Position numbers and translations under genes: made by a program. The notes below the pieces were generated by a model. It did no database searches. It saw only the letters and a program-made list of their open reading frames with translations, and was not told the origin of the DNA. A stretch of DNA of 64,000 nt, taken from positions 26,781 through 90,780 of the forward strand of contig CAKOUW010000004.1 of the NCBI GenBank assembly GCA_934120715.1, read 5' to 3'. Shown piece after piece: positions 36,113 to 47,822 of this stretch (position 1 is its first letter; each line of letters starts with the position of its first letter). This stretch comes from an uncultured Bacilli bacterium (GTDB lineage: Bacteria; Bacillota_I; Bacilli_A; RF39; UBA660).

Positions 36113-37387
36113 TTACCTTCTACTATATCCTCTTTTATAACTTCTAGTTAAAATACTACCTTCTAGTTGTTTATACGTTTCAAGTGCTACTCCTACTACG
36201 ATTAGTAATCCAGTACCACCAATTGATACAGATGTTGGAAGACTTGTTACTTTTGAAAATAATATTGGTAGACCTGCTATTATTACTAAGAATACAGAGC
36301 CTAGTATTGTAAGTCTTGATAAAATTTTACTTACATACTTCTTTGTTTCATCTCCTGGTCTAATTCCAGGTATATATCCACCATTTTCTTGTAAGTTTTT
36401 AGCAAACTCTTCTGGTTTTAATTGAATAAATGTATAGAAATATCCAAATAAGAATATTAGTACAACATAAATTATAAAACCTACTGGAGTTGTATATGTT
36501 AAATACTTTTGAACAAATAGTGTGAATCCTTCTTTTTTTATTACTTGAGATATGATACTTGGTATTGACAATAAACTAGAGGCGAAAATTACTGGAATTA
36601 CTCCTGCTGAGTTTATTTTTATTGGCATAAAGCTTTGTGCAGAACTTCCATAAGCACTTGTTGACTTATTTGAATATTGGATTGGTATTCTTCTTTCTGA
36701 TTCTTGTACAAATATTACACCTATTACTATTGCAAAATAAATTATTACAAATATTATAAATTTAATTATCCCTAAAGTAATTACTTGGGCTGTTCCATCA
36801 AACGCAATTAATCCTTTAAAAGCATCAATGAACATTTGTGGAAGTGTTGCTATAATACCAGCCATAATTATTAAGCTTATACCATTACCTATACCTTTTT
36901 GAGTAATTTGATCTCCTAACCATAGCAAGAATGCTGTACCTGCTGTTAAAATTGTTGAAATATACAAATACTGCATTGGATTGCCTGTTTTACCAATAAA
37001 CGCAAATGAGAATGCATATCCTTCAATAAATGAGAAGGCTATACCAACATAACGTGTTATTTGATTTAGCTTTTGACGGCCAGTTGCTCCTTGTTTGCTA
37101 AGTTCTGTAAAGTATGGAATGATATCCATCTCTAGTAATTGAATTATGATTGATGCCGTAATGTATGGCATAACTCCTAGGGCAAAGATGGAAAAGTTCT
37201 TTAATGCTCCACCACCCATTGTGTTAATTAATTCTAGAAAGCCTAGATTACTCGTTAAATTTTGTGTTCCAGGAACTCTAATTGAGATTCCTAATATGAA
37301 GATCATTAATGCTCCTAATGTAAAATAAATTCTATGTCTTAGATCTTTATTAGTCGGAGTAAACAATTGCTTCATAGTCTTAAACAT
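36113..37387 (-). CDS. secY: preprotein translocase subunit SecY
   Basis: 424 aa polytopic protein, GVMPYITASII motif, position after rplO. Confidence 0.95.
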   Translation of the reverse strand: MFKTMKQLFTPTNKDLRHRIYFTLGALMIFILGISIRVPGTQNLTSNLGFLELINTMGGGALKNFSIFALGVMPYITASIIIQLLEMDIIPYFTELSKQGATGRQKLNQITRYVGIAFSFIEGYAFSFAFIGKTGNPMQYLYISTILTAGTAFLLWLGDQITQKGIGNGISLIIMAGIIATLPQMFIDAFKGLIAFDGTAQVITLGIIKFIIFVIIYFAIVIGVIFVQESERRIPIQYSNKSTSAYGSSAQSFMPIKINSAGVIPVIFASSLLSIPSIISQVIKKEGFTLFVQKYLTYTTPVGFIIYVVLIFLFGYFYTFIQLKPEEFAKNLQENGGYIPGIRPGDETKKYVSKILSRLTILGSVFLVIIAGLPILFSKVTSLPTSVSIGGTGLLIVVGVALETYKQLEGSILTRSYKRGYSRR

Positions 37388-37388
37388 A

Positions 37389-37832
37389 CTAGATCACCTC
37401 AGCTTTACTACCTGATGAGTTGATCTTTTCTAAAGCGCTTGCTGAAAACTTGTTTGCTTGAATTGTTAATTTCTTAGTTAGCTCTCCATTACCTAGCACT
37501 TTAATACCATCTAGTTGGTTTTTAATTATCCCCTTTTCTTTTAATACAGCTGGTGTTACTAAAGCACCATCTTCAAATATATTTAGAGCATCGACATTTA
37601 TAGTAGCATATCTAGTTCTAAATTTAGCATTTTTAAATCCTCTTTTTGGAATTCTTCTATATAAAGGTAATTGTCCACCTTCAAATACTGGATTTATACT
37701 ACCTCCACTACGTGCTTTTTGTCCTTTTTGACCGCGTCCACTTGTTTTACCAAGACCACTACCTGAACCACGACCTACGCGCTTTTTTGCATGAGTAGCG
37801 CCGATATTTTTTTCTAATTCATGTAACTTCAT
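37389..37832 (-). CDS. rplO: 50S ribosomal protein L15
   Basis: [22 protein letters not shown]. The start overlaps the rpsE stop by 1 nt. Confidence 0.95.
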   Translation of the reverse strand: MKLHELEKNIGATHAKKRVGRGSGSGLGKTSGRGQKGQKARSGGSINPVFEGGQLPLYRRIPKRGFKNAKFRTRYATINVDALNIFEDGALVTPAVLKEKGIIKNQLDGIKVLGNGELTKKLTIQANKFSASALEKINSSGSKAEVI

Positions 37833-38341
37833 TATCCTAATATCTCCTCTACTGTTTTTCCACGAAGTGCTGCTACTTCTTCTGGTGTCTTAATAGATTT
37901 AAGTGCATTTAAAGCAGCTGTGGCCATATTTAATTTTGTTCTTGCTCCTAGTGATTTAGAGACAACATCACGAATTCCTGCTAATTCAAGAATTGCACGA
38001 ACTGAACCACCGGCAATGATACCAGTACCTGCTTGAGCAGGTTTAATGATAACTCTTGCAGCTCCAGCTCTACCAATTGCTTCATGAGCAACTGTTCTTC
38101 CATCAATTAGAGGTATTGTGATAATATTTTTGTTTGCATCTTGTATAGCTTTTTTAATTGCATCAGGTACTTCATTAGCTTTACCAATACCTAATCCAAC
38201 TTTACCTTTGCGATCTCCTATTACTACTACTGCAGAATATCTTCTTTGACGTCCACCTTTATTTACTTTTACAACGCTTTTAACATCAATTACTAATTCT
38301 TCAAATAGTTTTTCTTTGGTCTCGCGAGTTTTTCTTTGCAT
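37832..38341 (-). CDS. rpsE: 30S ribosomal protein S5
   Basis: [21 protein letters not shown]. Confidence 0.95.
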   Translation of the reverse strand: MQRKTRETKEKLFEELVIDVKSVVKVNKGGRQRRYSAVVVIGDRKGKVGLGIGKANEVPDAIKKAIQDANKNIITIPLIDGRTVAHEAIGRAGAARVIIKPAQAGTGIIAGGSVRAILELAGIRDVVSKSLGARTKLNMATAALNALKSIKTPEEVAALRGKTVEEILG

Positions 38342-38353
38342 AATACCCTCCTA

Positions 38354-38716
38354 TTAGAATTCTAGTCCATTTTCACGTGCAGCTTCAGCTAAGGCTTTTA
38401 CACGTCCATGATAAAGGTATCCTCCTCTATCAAATACCACTTTTGTAATTTTTGCTTTTGTTGCTTTTTCAGCAATTGCTTTTCCAACAACTTTTGCTGC
38501 TTCAACATTGCTTCCATTAGTTAATTTTAGATCTTTATCTAATGAAGAAGCTGATACAAGAGTAGTTTTTGTTTCATCATCGATAATTTGTGCATATATT
38601 CCTTTGTTTGAACGAAATACACATAGTCTAGGAATAGCACTAGTTCCCATGATAGTTTTACGAATTCTTTCGTGACGTATTAATCGCACACTATTACGAG
38701 ATTCTTTCTTTATCAT
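38354..38716 (-). CDS. rplR: 50S ribosomal protein L18
   Basis: [18 protein letters not shown]...[16 protein letters not shown]. Confidence 0.95.
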   Translation of the reverse strand: MIKKESRNSVRLIRHERIRKTIMGTSAIPRLCVFRSNKGIYAQIIDDETKTTLVSASSLDKDLKLTNGSNVEAAKVVGKAIAEKATKAKITKVVFDRGGYLYHGRVKALAEAARENGLEF

Positions 38717-38741
38717 ATTTTCCTTTCTCCCTTCTTACTGA

Positions 38742-39272
38742 TTAAGCAGCTTTCTTTCCTTCTTTACGACGAATATGTTCGTCTTTGTAACGTATTCCCT
38801 TACCCTTATATGGTTCAGGTTGTCTTACTTTTCTAATGTTAGCGGCTAATTCACCAACTAATACTTTGTCTATACCTTTTATAGTTATTTCAGTATTACC
38901 ATTAGCTTCAATAGTCATGTTTTGAGGGATTGCAATTTCAACAGGATGAGAATAACCAGCATTAATTACTAATTTATTTCCTTGTACATTGAAACGATAT
39001 CCTACTCCAACTATCTCTAATTTCTTTTCATAACCGTTTGTAACACCAGTTATCATATTTTGAATAAGTGCATTCATTGTTCCGTGCATAGCTTTTGCAC
39101 TTTCATTTTTACGTTCCAAAGTTATTTTGTTTTCTTCTTGCTTTAATGTAATATCTTTTAGCATTGCCTGTGTTAAGGTTCCCTTAGGACCTTTTACAGT
39201 TACGATATTATCAGCAACTTCAACAGTTACTCCTTCTGGAACTGTAATTATACGATTTCCAATACGGCTCAT
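38742..39272 (-). CDS. rplF: 50S ribosomal protein L6
   Basis: MSRIGNRIITVPEGV...EPYKGKGIRY. Confidence 0.95.
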   Translation of the reverse strand: MSRIGNRIITVPEGVTVEVADNIVTVKGPKGTLTQAMLKDITLKQEENKITLERKNESAKAMHGTMNALIQNMITGVTNGYEKKLEIVGVGYRFNVQGNKLVINAGYSHPVEIAIPQNMTIEANGNTEITIKGIDKVLVGELAANIRKVRQPEPYKGKGIRYKDEHIRRKEGKKAA

Positions 39273-39296
39273 ACTTTCCCTCCTTATATTTTTCGA

Positions 39297-39698
39297 TTAC
39301 CAAATATAAGCTAGAACTTCTCCACCTATATTTTGTTTACGAGCTTCTTTATCTGTCATAATTCCTTTTGATGTTGAAATTATAGCTATTCCTAAACCAT
39401 TCAACACTTTTGGAATTTCATCACCCTTAGCATATACTCGAAGTCCTGGTTTGGAAATTCTTTTTAGCCCAGTGATAACTCTTTCTTTTTTATCTGAATA
39501 TTTTAAAGTTAAAACTATTGTGCCTTGAGCATCATCATTAACAATTTTATAGTCTTTTATAAATCCTTCTTCTTTTAATATCTTTGCGATTGATACTTTT
39601 ATTTTTGAAGATGGAACTTTTACCTCTGTATAACGCATGCTATTAGCATTACGAATACGAGTTAACATATCTGCAATTGTATCTGTTACTACTGCCAT
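39297..39698 (-). CDS. rpsH: 30S ribosomal protein S8
   Basis: [13 protein letters not shown]. Start moved to the internal ATG (MAVVTD) to remove the overlap with rpsN. Confidence 0.9.
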   Translation of the reverse strand: MAVVTDTIADMLTRIRNANSMRYTEVKVPSSKIKVSIAKILKEEGFIKDYKIVNDDAQGTIVLTLKYSDKKERVITGLKRISKPGLRVYAKGDEIPKVLNGLGIAIISTSKGIMTDKEARKQNIGGEVLAYIW

Positions 39699-39718
39699 AA
39701 TATATTCCTCCTTTCCAA

Positions 39719-39904
39719 TTACCAACTTGATTTTTTAATTCCTGGTATTTGTCCATTATAAGCTAATTCACGAAAGCAAATACGGCAGATTCCAAATTTA
39801 CTCATAACTGCGTGTGGACGACCACAACGAGAACATCTTGTATATTCACGTACTTTAAATTTTTGTGGTCTATTAGCTTTAATTATCATACTTTTTTTTG
39901 CCAT
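39719..39904 (-). CDS. rpsN: 30S ribosomal protein S14, type Z (zinc-binding)
   Basis: 61 aa with CSRCGR...CRIC. Confidence 0.95.
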   Translation of the reverse strand: MAKKSMIIKANRPQKFKVREYTRCSRCGRPHAVMSKFGICRICFRELAYNGQIPGIKKSSW

Positions 39905-39919
39905 AATATTCCTCCCATT

Positions 39920-40459
39920 TTACTTTTTAAAAGGAATTCCAAGTCCATTTAATAAGTCAAATGATTCTTCATTTGTTTTTGCTGTCGTAACAAAAACGAC
40001 ATCCATACCACGTACTTTTACAACGTCATCATAATTAATTTCTGAGAAAATTAGTTGTTCTTTTAGACCTAGTGTGTAGTTTCCTCTACCGTCAAATGCC
40101 TTTGTACTAACTCCTCTAAAATCTCTAACTGCTGGAAGAGAAATTGATATTAACTTATCAATAAAGTTATACATGTTATCTCCTCTTAGAGTTACTTTAC
40201 ATCCAATTGCTTGACCTTCTCTTACTTTAAATCCAGCGATTGATTTTTTTGCTTTAGTTACTACTGGCTTTTGTCCAGATATTTTAGCTAAATCAGCTAC
40301 TGCAGCATCTAATAATTTTGAGTTGCTTGTAGCATCTCCTACTCCAATATTAATAACTACTTTTTCTAGTTTTGGTACTTCCATGATTGACTTATAATTA
40401 TACTTCTCTTTTAAACTTGGAACAACTTCATTTAAGTATTTTTCTTTTAGGCGGTTCAT
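39920..40459 (-). CDS. rplE: 50S ribosomal protein L5
   Basis: MNRLKEKY...VINIGVGDA. Start moved to the internal ATG 40459. Confidence 0.9.
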   Translation of the reverse strand: MNRLKEKYLNEVVPSLKEKYNYKSIMEVPKLEKVVINIGVGDATSNSKLLDAAVADLAKISGQKPVVTKAKKSIAGFKVREGQAIGCKVTLRGDNMYNFIDKLISISLPAVRDFRGVSTKAFDGRGNYTLGLKEQLIFSEINYDDVVKVRGMDVVFVTTAKTNEESFDLLNGLGIPFKK

Positions 40460-40475
40460 AGTTACCCTCCTTCCA

Positions 40476-40787
40476 TTAATCAAGCTTCTCGTTTGATTTT
40501 TTTGCAATTCTAATTTTTTTATTGGTTTTTGAATCTATTGTATGTCCTATTCTAGTTCTTTTCTTTGTTTTAGGATCAACTATCATAACATTAGATGCAT
40601 TGATTGGTGCCTCTATTTCTAGAATTCCACCAGTTTCTTGTCCAGTTGCTTTTTGATGCTTTTTTACAATATTAACACCTTCAACTATAACTTTGTTTTC
40701 AGATCTTAATGTTTTGATTATTTTTCCTTTTTTTCCTTTGTTAGAACCAGCAATAACTACAACTTCATCTCCTATTTTAAAGTTCAT
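40476..40787 (-). CDS. rplX: 50S ribosomal protein L24
   Basis: [21 protein letters not shown] motif. Confidence 0.95.
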   Translation of the reverse strand: MNFKIGDEVVVIAGSNKGKKGKIIKTLRSENKVIVEGVNIVKKHQKATGQETGGILEIEAPINASNVMIVDPKTKKRTRIGHTIDSKTNKKIRIAKKSNEKLD

Positions 40788-40800
40788 AATTTTCCTCCTA

Positions 40801-41169
40801 TTATAATACTTCTTTTGCTAAAGATACTATTTTCATGTAATCTTTGTCTCGAAGTTCTCTTGCTACTGGTCCAAAGATACGAGTTCCTATTGGACTCTTA
40901 TCATCACGAATGATAACACATGCATTATCATCGAACTTAATATAACTTCCGTCTTCACGACGAACGCCTTGACGAGTTCGAACGATAACTGCTTTTACAA
41001 CTTTTCCTTTTGGCATTGGTGAGTTTGGAATAGCACTTTTAACAGTTCCAACTACTACATCGCCAATGTTACCAGTTTTAACCTTGCTTCCACCTAGAAC
41101 ACGAATTACTAATAATTCTTTTGCTCCAGTATTGTCAGCAACCTTCATACGGCTTTCTTGTTGTAACAT
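40801..41169 (-). CDS. rplN: 50S ribosomal protein L14
   Basis: [18 protein letters not shown]. Confidence 0.95.
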   Translation of the reverse strand: MLQQESRMKVADNTGAKELLVIRVLGGSKVKTGNIGDVVVGTVKSAIPNSPMPKGKVVKAVIVRTRQGVRREDGSYIKFDDNACVIIRDDKSPIGTRIFGPVARELRDKDYMKIVSLAKEVL

Positions 41170-41197
41170 AGATTATTCCTCCTTCTTCATCTAAGCG

Positions 41198-41455
41198 TTA
41201 AATAATAACTGCTTCTTTTACTATTTCTTTTAAATAGAAATGCTTTGTTTTTGATAATGGTCTAGTTTCAACAATTCTAACCACATCTCCAACCTTAGCA
41301 ATATTCTTTTCATCATGAGCACAATATTTTTTAGAGCTCTTTACTCTTTTATGATATAACGGATGGTTTTTATAAGTTTCAACTAAAACACTGATAGTTT
41401 TATTAGTTACACTAACAACTTTACCAACTAATTCTTTTCTAACTTTCTTTTCCAC
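41198..41455 (-). CDS. rpsQ: 30S ribosomal protein S17
   Basis: LVGKVVS...HPLYHKRVK...AHDE. Confidence 0.95.
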   Translation of the reverse strand: MEKKVRKELVGKVVSVTNKTISVLVETYKNHPLYHKRVKSSKKYCAHDEKNIAKVGDVVRIVETRPLSKTKHFYLKEIVKEAVII

Positions 41456-41466
41456 TGTATACCCTC

Positions 41467-41661
41467 CTATTTGCTAGTTTCACGTTCTTTTAGAACGGTT
41501 TTCATTCTTGCAACGGTGTGTCTCAAATCTCTTATTCTAGAAGGTTTCTCTAGGTTTCCAGTTGCTTGTTGGAAACGTAAATTAAAAAGTTCTTCTTTTG
41601 TTTCAACTAGCTTTTTATTGATTTCTTCAGTTGATAGTTCTCTAATTTCTTTAACCTTCAT
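41467..41661 (-). CDS. rpmC: 50S ribosomal protein L29
   Basis: [10 protein letters not shown]...LFNLRFQ. Start uncertain (41661 or 41676). Confidence 0.9.
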   Translation of the reverse strand: MKVKEIRELSTEEINKKLVETKEELFNLRFQQATGNLEKPSRIRDLRHTVARMKTVLKERETSK

Positions 41662-42082
41662 TTTTGTCACCACCATTTTCTTTTATAATAAACTTGGTTG
41701 CTACTGGTAGCTTGTGTGATGCAAGACGTAATGCTTCACGAGCAACTTCTTCACTAACTCCAGCTATTTCGAACATAATCTTTCCTTCTTTTACAACAGC
41801 AACCCATCCTTCAACATTTCCTTTACCTTTACCTTGTCTTGTACCGATTGGTTTTTTAGTTAAAGGCATATGTGGAAAGATATTGATCCATACTTTACCA
41901 CCACGTTTCATGTAACGAGTCATGGCGATACGTGCAGCTTCTATTTGATTAGCAGTAATCCAAGCACCTTCTTTTGCTTGTAGACCATATTCACCAAAGT
42001 GAAGTTCTCTATTACCACGTGATCTTCCTTCGTAAGGTAATCTATGAACACGACGATATTTAGTTCTTGACGGTATTAACAT
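41651..42082 (-). CDS. rplP: 50S ribosomal protein L16
   Basis: [14 protein letters not shown]... Confidence 0.95.
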   Translation of the reverse strand: MLIPSRTKYRRVHRLPYEGRSRGNRELHFGEYGLQAKEGAWITANQIEAARIAMTRYMKRGGKVWINIFPHMPLTKKPIGTRQGKGKGNVEGWVAVVKEGKIMFEIAGVSEEVAREALRLASHKLPVATKFIIKENGGDKNEG

Positions 42083-42083
42083 A

Positions 42084-42734
42084 TTAATTACCTCCTTTTG
42101 CCTTTTTGTTTAGGATTTCTCCCTTATAGATCCATACCTTTACACCTATTTTACCAAATGTTGTATCTGCTTCTGAAGTTGCATAGTCAACATCTGCTCT
42201 TAATGTATGTAGAGGAATGACACCTTCTTTGTATCCTTCGCTACGTGCCATATCAGCACCACCTAAACGACCAGATACACTTGTTTTAATTCCCTTAGCT
42301 CCAGCTTTCATTGCATTTCTAATTGCACGCTTTTGAGCCATACGGAATGATGCTCTATTAGTAATTTGATTTGCAATTGAATCAGCTACTAATTTTGCAT
42401 TTAAATCTGCTTTTTTAATATCAACAATTGAAATTTGAACATTTTCATCCGCTATTTGTGATAATTGCTTTTTAAGTTTTTCAATTTCTTCTCCACCATG
42501 GCCTATCATTACACCTGGCTTTGAAGTATGAATTACAACTTCGCATTTTTTAGAATTTCTCTCAATTTCAACTTTTGCTATACCAGCATTTGATAAACTT
42601 TTTTCTAAATACTTACGAATTTTAATATCTTTGTCTAAAGTTTTTGAAAAGTCTTTACCAGCTGCATACCATTTAGCTTCCCAGTCTTTATTGATACCAA
42701 GTCTAAGTCCATTAGGATTTACCTTTTGTCCCAT
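42084..42734 (-). CDS. rpsC: 30S ribosomal protein S3
   Basis: [14 protein letters not shown]. Confidence 0.95.
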   Translation of the reverse strand: MGQKVNPNGLRLGINKDWEAKWYAAGKDFSKTLDKDIKIRKYLEKSLSNAGIAKVEIERNSKKCEVVIHTSKPGVMIGHGGEEIEKLKKQLSQIADENVQISIVDIKKADLNAKLVADSIANQITNRASFRMAQKRAIRNAMKAGAKGIKTSVSGRLGGADMARSEGYKEGVIPLHTLRADVDYATSEADTTFGKIGVKVWIYKGEILNKKAKGGN

Positions 42735-42749
42735 TTTGTAACCTCCTTA

Positions 42750-43085
42750 TTAGTTTCTTGTAGCCACTTCTATGATAATGTGACTAGTTCTATGATCTCT
42801 ATGTCCTATGTGAGAACGTGAATCAAAAAAGTGACGTTTCATTGTAGGACCAGCATCTACTCTTGCTTCTTTAACATAAAGTGTAGCAGCATCTGCACCA
42901 TTATTATTAACAGCGTTAGCAATAGCAGAATCTAATACTTTTTTTGTAAGTCTTGCTGATTTATTATTAACATTACTTAATATGGCTAATGCTTCTTGAG
43001 CACTTTTACCACGAATCATGTCTGCTACTAAACGAGCTCTGATTGGTGATATTCTAAGGCCTTTAGCAATTGCTTTTGCTTCCAT
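42750..43085 (-). CDS. rplV: 50S ribosomal protein L22
   Basis: RISPIRARLVADMIRGK. Confidence 0.95.
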   Translation of the reverse strand: MEAKAIAKGLRISPIRARLVADMIRGKSAQEALAILSNVNNKSARLTKKVLDSAIANAVNNNGADAATLYVKEARVDAGPTMKRHFFDSRSHIGHRDHRTSHIIIEVATRN

Positions 43086-43107
43086 ATACTTACCCTCCTA
43101 GTCATTT

Positions 43108-43377
43108 TTATTTCTTTTTGTCTGAACCATGTCCACCGAATTTACGTGTTAATGCAAATTCACCTAATTTATGTCCAACCATATCCTCAGTAACATAAAC
43201 TGGTATAAATTCTTTACCATTGTGAACTGCAAATGTGTGTCCTATAAAATCAGGAAAAATTGTGGAACGGCGTGACCAAGTTTTAATGACTTCTTTTTTT
43301 CCAGACTTATTTAATTCTTGAACCTTTTTTAATAATCTATCGAATACATAAGGTCCCTTTTTTAAACTTCTTGCCAT
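43108..43377 (-). CDS. rpsS: 30S ribosomal protein S19
   Basis: [11 protein letters not shown]...[11 protein letters not shown]. Confidence 0.95.
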   Translation of the reverse strand: MARSLKKGPYVFDRLLKKVQELNKSGKKEVIKTWSRRSTIFPDFIGHTFAVHNGKEFIPVYVTEDMVGHKLGEFALTRKFGGHGSDKKK

Positions 43378-43394
43378 TATTTAATCATCCTTTC

Positions 43395-44225
43395 CTATTT
43401 ACTATTACGACGACGTACGATGAATTTGTCTGATTGCTTTTTCTTACGTGTCTTTAATCCAAGTGCAGGTTTACCCCAAGGTGTCATTGGTGCCTTACGT
43501 CCTACTGGAGCGCGTCCTTCACCACCACCATGTGGATGGTCATTAGGGTTCATAACTGAACCACGAACTGTTGGTCTTACTCCCATATGACGTTTACGAC
43601 CAGCTGTTCCTACTTTTACAAGTGAAGAATCTTCATTTCCTACAACTCCTACAGTTGCCATACAAGTTCCTAACACTTTTCTTTGTTCACCACTTGATAA
43701 ACGAATCATTACATATTTATCTTCACGGCCTAAGATTTGAGCAGATGTTCCAGCAGATCTTGCTAGTTCAGCTCCTTTTCCTGGGCGAAGTTCGATGTTA
43801 TGAATCATAGTACCTACTGGTATATTCATTATTGGTAATGCATTACCCACTTTGATATCAGCAGCTTCTCCAGATTCTATTACCATTCCAACTGTTAATC
43901 CCTTTGGTGCGATAATATATCTTTTTTCTCCATCTGCATAACTAATTAATGCAATATTTGCAGTTCTGTTTGGATCGTATTCTATACTTGCTACTGTTCC
44001 AGGTATATTTAATTTATTTCTTTTGAAATCAATGATACGATATTTTCTTTTCTCTCCACCACCTTGATGACGAGTTGTTATCTTACCTTGATTATTACGT
44101 CCTCCATTTTTCTTAAGAGGAACAACAAGAGACTTTTCTGGAGTACTTTTTGTTATTTCACTGTTTAATAAAGTACTCATTTTTCTACGACCTGGTGTTG
44201 TAGGCTTAAAACTTTTGATTGCCAT
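43395..44225 (-). CDS. rplB: 50S ribosomal protein L2
   Basis: [19 protein letters not shown]. Confidence 0.95.
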   Translation of the reverse strand: MAIKSFKPTTPGRRKMSTLLNSEITKSTPEKSLVVPLKKNGGRNNQGKITTRHQGGGEKRKYRIIDFKRNKLNIPGTVASIEYDPNRTANIALISYADGEKRYIIAPKGLTVGMVIESGEAADIKVGNALPIMNIPVGTMIHNIELRPGKGAELARSAGTSAQILGREDKYVMIRLSSGEQRKVLGTCMATVGVVGNEDSSLVKVGTAGRKRHMGVRPTVRGSVMNPNDHPHGGGEGRAPVGRKAPMTPWGKPALGLKTRKKKQSDKFIVRRRNSK

Positions 44226-44239
44226 ATTTATTTTCCTCC

Positions 44240-44524
44240 TTAACCAAGATCAATTGTTTGTCCTTCTTTAAGAGTAACAATTGCTTTTTTTGAACGATTA
44301 GTTAATCCTGTATAACGGCCAACTCTTTTTTTCTTAGTATTTTCATTTAAAGTTCTTACAGATGCTACTTTAACCTTGAATATTTTTTCTATTGCATCTT
44401 TTATTTCTAATTTAGTTGCCTTAGGATTTACTTTAAATACATATTTGCCTGATTCTTTATCAGACTGTGATTTTTCAGTAATAACTGGTGCCTTGATTAT
44501 TTCTAAATATTTAGTATCTTTCAT
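44240..44524 (-). CDS. rplW: 50S ribosomal protein L23
   Basis: Position and the [10 protein letters not shown] motif. Confidence 0.95.
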   Translation of the reverse strand: MKDTKYLEIIKAPVITEKSQSDKESGKYVFKVNPKATKLEIKDAIEKIFKVKVASVRTLNENTKKKRVGRYTGLTNRSKKAIVTLKEGQTIDLG

Positions 44525-45150
44525 TATTTAAGCACCTCCTCAACTTTGCTTAATGCATCATTAGTCATTAATATTACGTCAGTTCCAACAACATCTAAAA
44601 CATTGATTTCTTCTGCTAATATTAAAATTACGTTTTGAAGATTTCTTGATGCTAAGATTATATTTTCATCAAGTTTATCAATAACTAATAATACTTTTTT
44701 GTCTGCTATTTTTAATGTCTCTAAAACATTAAGCATTTCTTTTGTCTTTGGTGTCTTGATTGTTAAATCTTCTACTACTAAAATAGCTTTTTCATTTGCT
44801 TTTTCAGTTAAAGCTGACTTGATTGCAAGTCTTCTTTCTTTTCTATTTTGTTTTTTGCTGTAGTCTCTTGGTACTGGAGTTCCATAATTTCCTCCACCTA
44901 CCCATTGAACAGCTCTAATTGAACCTTGACGTGCACGTCCTGTTCCTTTTTGTCTCCATGGCTTTCTTCCTCCACCACTTACTTCAGAACGGTTCTTTGT
45001 TTTATGAGTTCCTTGTCTTAATGATGCCATAGATAATATAATTGCATCTGTTAAAACAGCTTTATTAGGGGTAATTTCAAAAATCTCTTTATTTAAATTA
45101 ATGTCCTTTACTTTTTCACCTTTTAGATTTAAAAGTTCTACTTTTTTCAT
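44524..45150 (-). CDS. rplD: 50S ribosomal protein L4
   Basis: [19 protein letters not shown]. Confidence 0.95.
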   Translation of the reverse strand: MKKVELLNLKGEKVKDINLNKEIFEITPNKAVLTDAIILSMASLRQGTHKTKNRSEVSGGGRKPWRQKGTGRARQGSIRAVQWVGGGNYGTPVPRDYSKKQNRKERRLAIKSALTEKANEKAILVVEDLTIKTPKTKEMLNVLETLKIADKKVLLVIDKLDENIILASRNLQNVILILAEEINVLDVVGTDVILMTNDALSKVEEVLK

Positions 45151-45200
45151 CTACGATTCCTCCTTTCATCACTTTTGCATTTTTATATACTGTGATGATT

Positions 45201-45917
45201 TTATTCAGCAGTTTTTTCTTCGATTTGTTCTTCTACTGGTTCAACAACTGGTTCAACATAAGTAACTAAATCAGCAGCTTCTACTTTTACGTTAGGTTTT
45301 TTAACCGCAGTGCGAATCATAACTAATGATTTCTTTGGTCCAGGAACATTACCCTTTACTAAAATAACACTGTTTTCAGTATCTACTGAAACAATTTCGA
45401 GATTTTGAACTGTTCTTTGAACATTACCCATTTGTCCAGGCATTTTTTTACCTTTTAGTACGTGCATTGGTAACATTGTACCTAGTGAACCTACGCCTCT
45501 ATGGTATTGAGAACCATGTCCCATAGGACCAGTTGATTGATTATGACGTTTAATAACGCCTTGAAATCCTTTACCTTTACTTGTACCAGTAACATCAACC
45601 ATTTCACCTTCGCTAAAGATGTCAACACCTATTGTTTGTCCTAAAGTGTAATCACCAATATTTACTCCTCTAATTTCTCTTAAGAAGCGCTTAGGTGCTG
45701 TATTTGCTTTTTTTGTATGTCCTATTTTTGGTTTGTTGCTTAAATTTTCTCTTATTGTGTCTGTTGCAAGTTGTACAGCTTCATAACCATCTTTTTCTAC
45801 TGTCTTGATTTGAGTAACCACATTTGGTTCAACTTCAATAACAGTAACCGGAATTAATTTACCATTTTTAGTAAAAACTTGAGTCATTCCGATCTTTTTA
45901 CCTAAGATTCCTTTCAT
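45201..45917 (-). CDS. rplC: 50S ribosomal protein L3 (with acidic C-terminal extension)
   Basis: [15 protein letters not shown]. The last ~27 aa, [27 protein letters not shown], extend beyond the usual L3 end. Confidence 0.95.
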   Translation of the reverse strand: MKGILGKKIGMTQVFTKNGKLIPVTVIEVEPNVVTQIKTVEKDGYEAVQLATDTIRENLSNKPKIGHTKKANTAPKRFLREIRGVNIGDYTLGQTIGVDIFSEGEMVDVTGTSKGKGFQGVIKRHNQSTGPMGHGSQYHRGVGSLGTMLPMHVLKGKKMPGQMGNVQRTVQNLEIVSVDTENSVILVKGNVPGPKKSLVMIRTAVKKPNVKVEAADLVTYVEPVVEPVEEQIEEKTAE

Positions 45918-45929
45918 ATTTTCCTCCTA

Positions 45930-46241
45930 TTATTTTGTTTTAATTTGAATATCTACCCCAGAAGGTAAATCTAAGTGAGCTAATGCATCAATAGTTTCCT
46001 TACTAGGATTTTTAATATCAATTAATCTTTTGTGTGTACGCATTTCAAATTGTTCACGTGAATCCTTATATTTGTGTACAGCTCTTAAAATTGTGAATTT
46101 TTCTATTTCAGTTGGAAGTGGTACTGGTCCAGAAATTTCTCCACCAGTTCTTCTTACTGTTTCAACTATTTTCTTTGCTGCATTGTCTAATACTCTGTGA
46201 TCATATGCTTTAATCTTTATGCGAATTTTTTCAGTTGACAT
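45930..46241 (-). CDS. rpsJ: 30S ribosomal protein S10
   Basis: [14 protein letters not shown]... Confidence 0.95.
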   Translation of the reverse strand: MSTEKIRIKIKAYDHRVLDNAAKKIVETVRRTGGEISGPVPLPTEIEKFTILRAVHKYKDSREQFEMRTHKRLIDIKNPSKETIDALAHLDLPSGVDIQIKTK

Positions 46242-46364
46242 TTTAAATCCTCCCTTCGCCTATATCTAGTATAGACTTGCTCCGAACAAATAACCCGATC
46301 GCCAATTAGCAACTCTTCCTGGCGTGTCGGCAACCTTGCCCATCTAAGCAGTCACACATGGTTA

Positions 46365-46393
46365 ATTATAGCAAGCAATATCAACATTTGCAA
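46365..46393 (-). promoter_or_regulatory. sigma-A promoter of the S10 operon
   Basis: Minus strand TTGCAA (46393-46388), 17 nt spacer, TATAAT (46370-46365). Followed by a comparatively GC-rich leader of about 115 nt. Confidence 0.65.
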
Positions 46394-46463
46394 GCTTTTT
46401 TTACAGATTTTTCATTATTCTCGCTAATAATCGTTAAATTTTATTCTTATTCGAAAAAAAAGT

Positions 46464-47690
46464 TTACTTTTTAGTAACTTTTTCCTTATCTATATTAGCA
46501 ATTACTTGAAATGATGCTGGCATAATTAGTCCATATCCAAACTTTTGGTTAAGGTTATCAATTGTGGACTGTATTTTGTCTTCTTTTACTGCTTTTTTGT
46601 TATCATTATCAAATAGTGATATTTGTTCTAGTTCATTGTCACATAAATCTGCTAATCTTACACCAATCAATCTGACCGCCTCTTTTAAATAACTCTTTTC
46701 AAAAATTTCTACTACTAACTTATATATATCTTTTGTGTTATTACTAGCTTTAGGTAATTTGGCTTGAGCTGAATATGATTTAAAGTCTTTATTTTTATAA
46801 ATTACTGCTACTGTTTTAGCATACTGCTTTTTTTGTCTTAGCTGTCTTGTGACTTGTTCTGTTTGTCTAAGTAAGATGTTTTTTAATTTTATTTCATCAC
46901 TACAATCATGTTCTAATGTATGAGTTGTACTTATACTGGTGTTTTTTTCTTTTCTTGGTTCTACTTTTGAAGTGTCTATTCCCCAAGCAGATTCCTTAAG
47001 ATATTTAGCTTGTGACTTAAATTTTTTTTCTAATAATTTTTGATTACTGTATGCCAAGTCTTTGATAGTAAATATTTTCATCTCATTTAATGCTTTAGTA
47101 GTGGCTTTACCACACATAAATAAGTCTCCTACGTTTAGAGGCCACATCTTTTTTTCTATTTCACTTTTATATAATGTATGAACTTTGTCTGGCTTTTCAA
47201 AATCAGAAGCCATTTTAGCACATAATTTATTATTAGCAATTCCAATATTTGCGGTATAACCAAACTTCTTTTTTATTTCATCCTTTATTTTATGAGCCAA
47301 CTCTTCTATATCATTATATAAATAATTAGTTCCTGTCATATCAATGAAGCATTCATCTATAGAAAATTTTTCAATTAGAGGAGAATATTGCGATAAATAG
47401 TCAAATAGCTCTTTTGATTTTTTAGCGTACCACTCATAATTTGGTGGATACATTTTTAATGATGGACATTTTCTTTTAGCTTGATATATGGTCTCTGCAG
47501 TTACAATTCCATATTTTTTTGCTACTGGTGATTTAGCTAGGACTATTCCTCTTCTTGTTTTTTCATCTCCACCTATTATTGACGGAATGTTTCTAATATC
47601 AATCTTATAGCCATTTTTTAGTAGATAGACTGCAGTCCATGAGAGAAAGGCATTATTTACATCTATATGAAATATAATTCTCTCCTTCAT
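46464..47690 (-). CDS. dinB: DNA polymerase IV (Y-family)
   Basis: IFHIDVNNAFLS (DxD-type active-site start) and SIDECFIDMT. 408 aa. Confidence 0.85.
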   Translation of the reverse strand: MKERIIFHIDVNNAFLSWTAVYLLKNGYKIDIRNIPSIIGGDEKTRRGIVLAKSPVAKKYGIVTAETIYQAKRKCPSLKMYPPNYEWYAKKSKELFDYLSQYSPLIEKFSIDECFIDMTGTNYLYNDIEELAHKIKDEIKKKFGYTANIGIANNKLCAKMASDFEKPDKVHTLYKSEIEKKMWPLNVGDLFMCGKATTKALNEMKIFTIKDLAYSNQKLLEKKFKSQAKYLKESAWGIDTSKVEPRKEKNTSISTTHTLEHDCSDEIKLKNILLRQTEQVTRQLRQKKQYAKTVAVIYKNKDFKSYSAQAKLPKASNNTKDIYKLVVEIFEKSYLKEAVRLIGVRLADLCDNELEQISLFDNDNKKAVKEDKIQSTIDNLNQKFGYGLIMPASFQVIANIDKEKVTKK

Positions 47691-47822
47691 AGAACCACCT
47701 CATTTGTATTATAGAACGTTTTTTCGATTTTTTCAATATCGTTTATTGTAATTTTATGTAATCCACTAATTTACATATTATTTATATCATTTAGTACATA
47801 ATAAAAATGGATTGGTGATATT

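Noticed and set aside
28508-43810. Plus-strand ORFs of 60-111 aa inside the ribosomal cluster (e.g. 28508-28714, 32585-32920, 33017-33199, 35575-35796, 41471-41710, 41664-41915, 43571-43810)
   Set aside because: They lie antisense to highly conserved r-protein, rpoA and adk genes. Their low-complexity translations are typical of shadow ORFs in AT-rich DNA.
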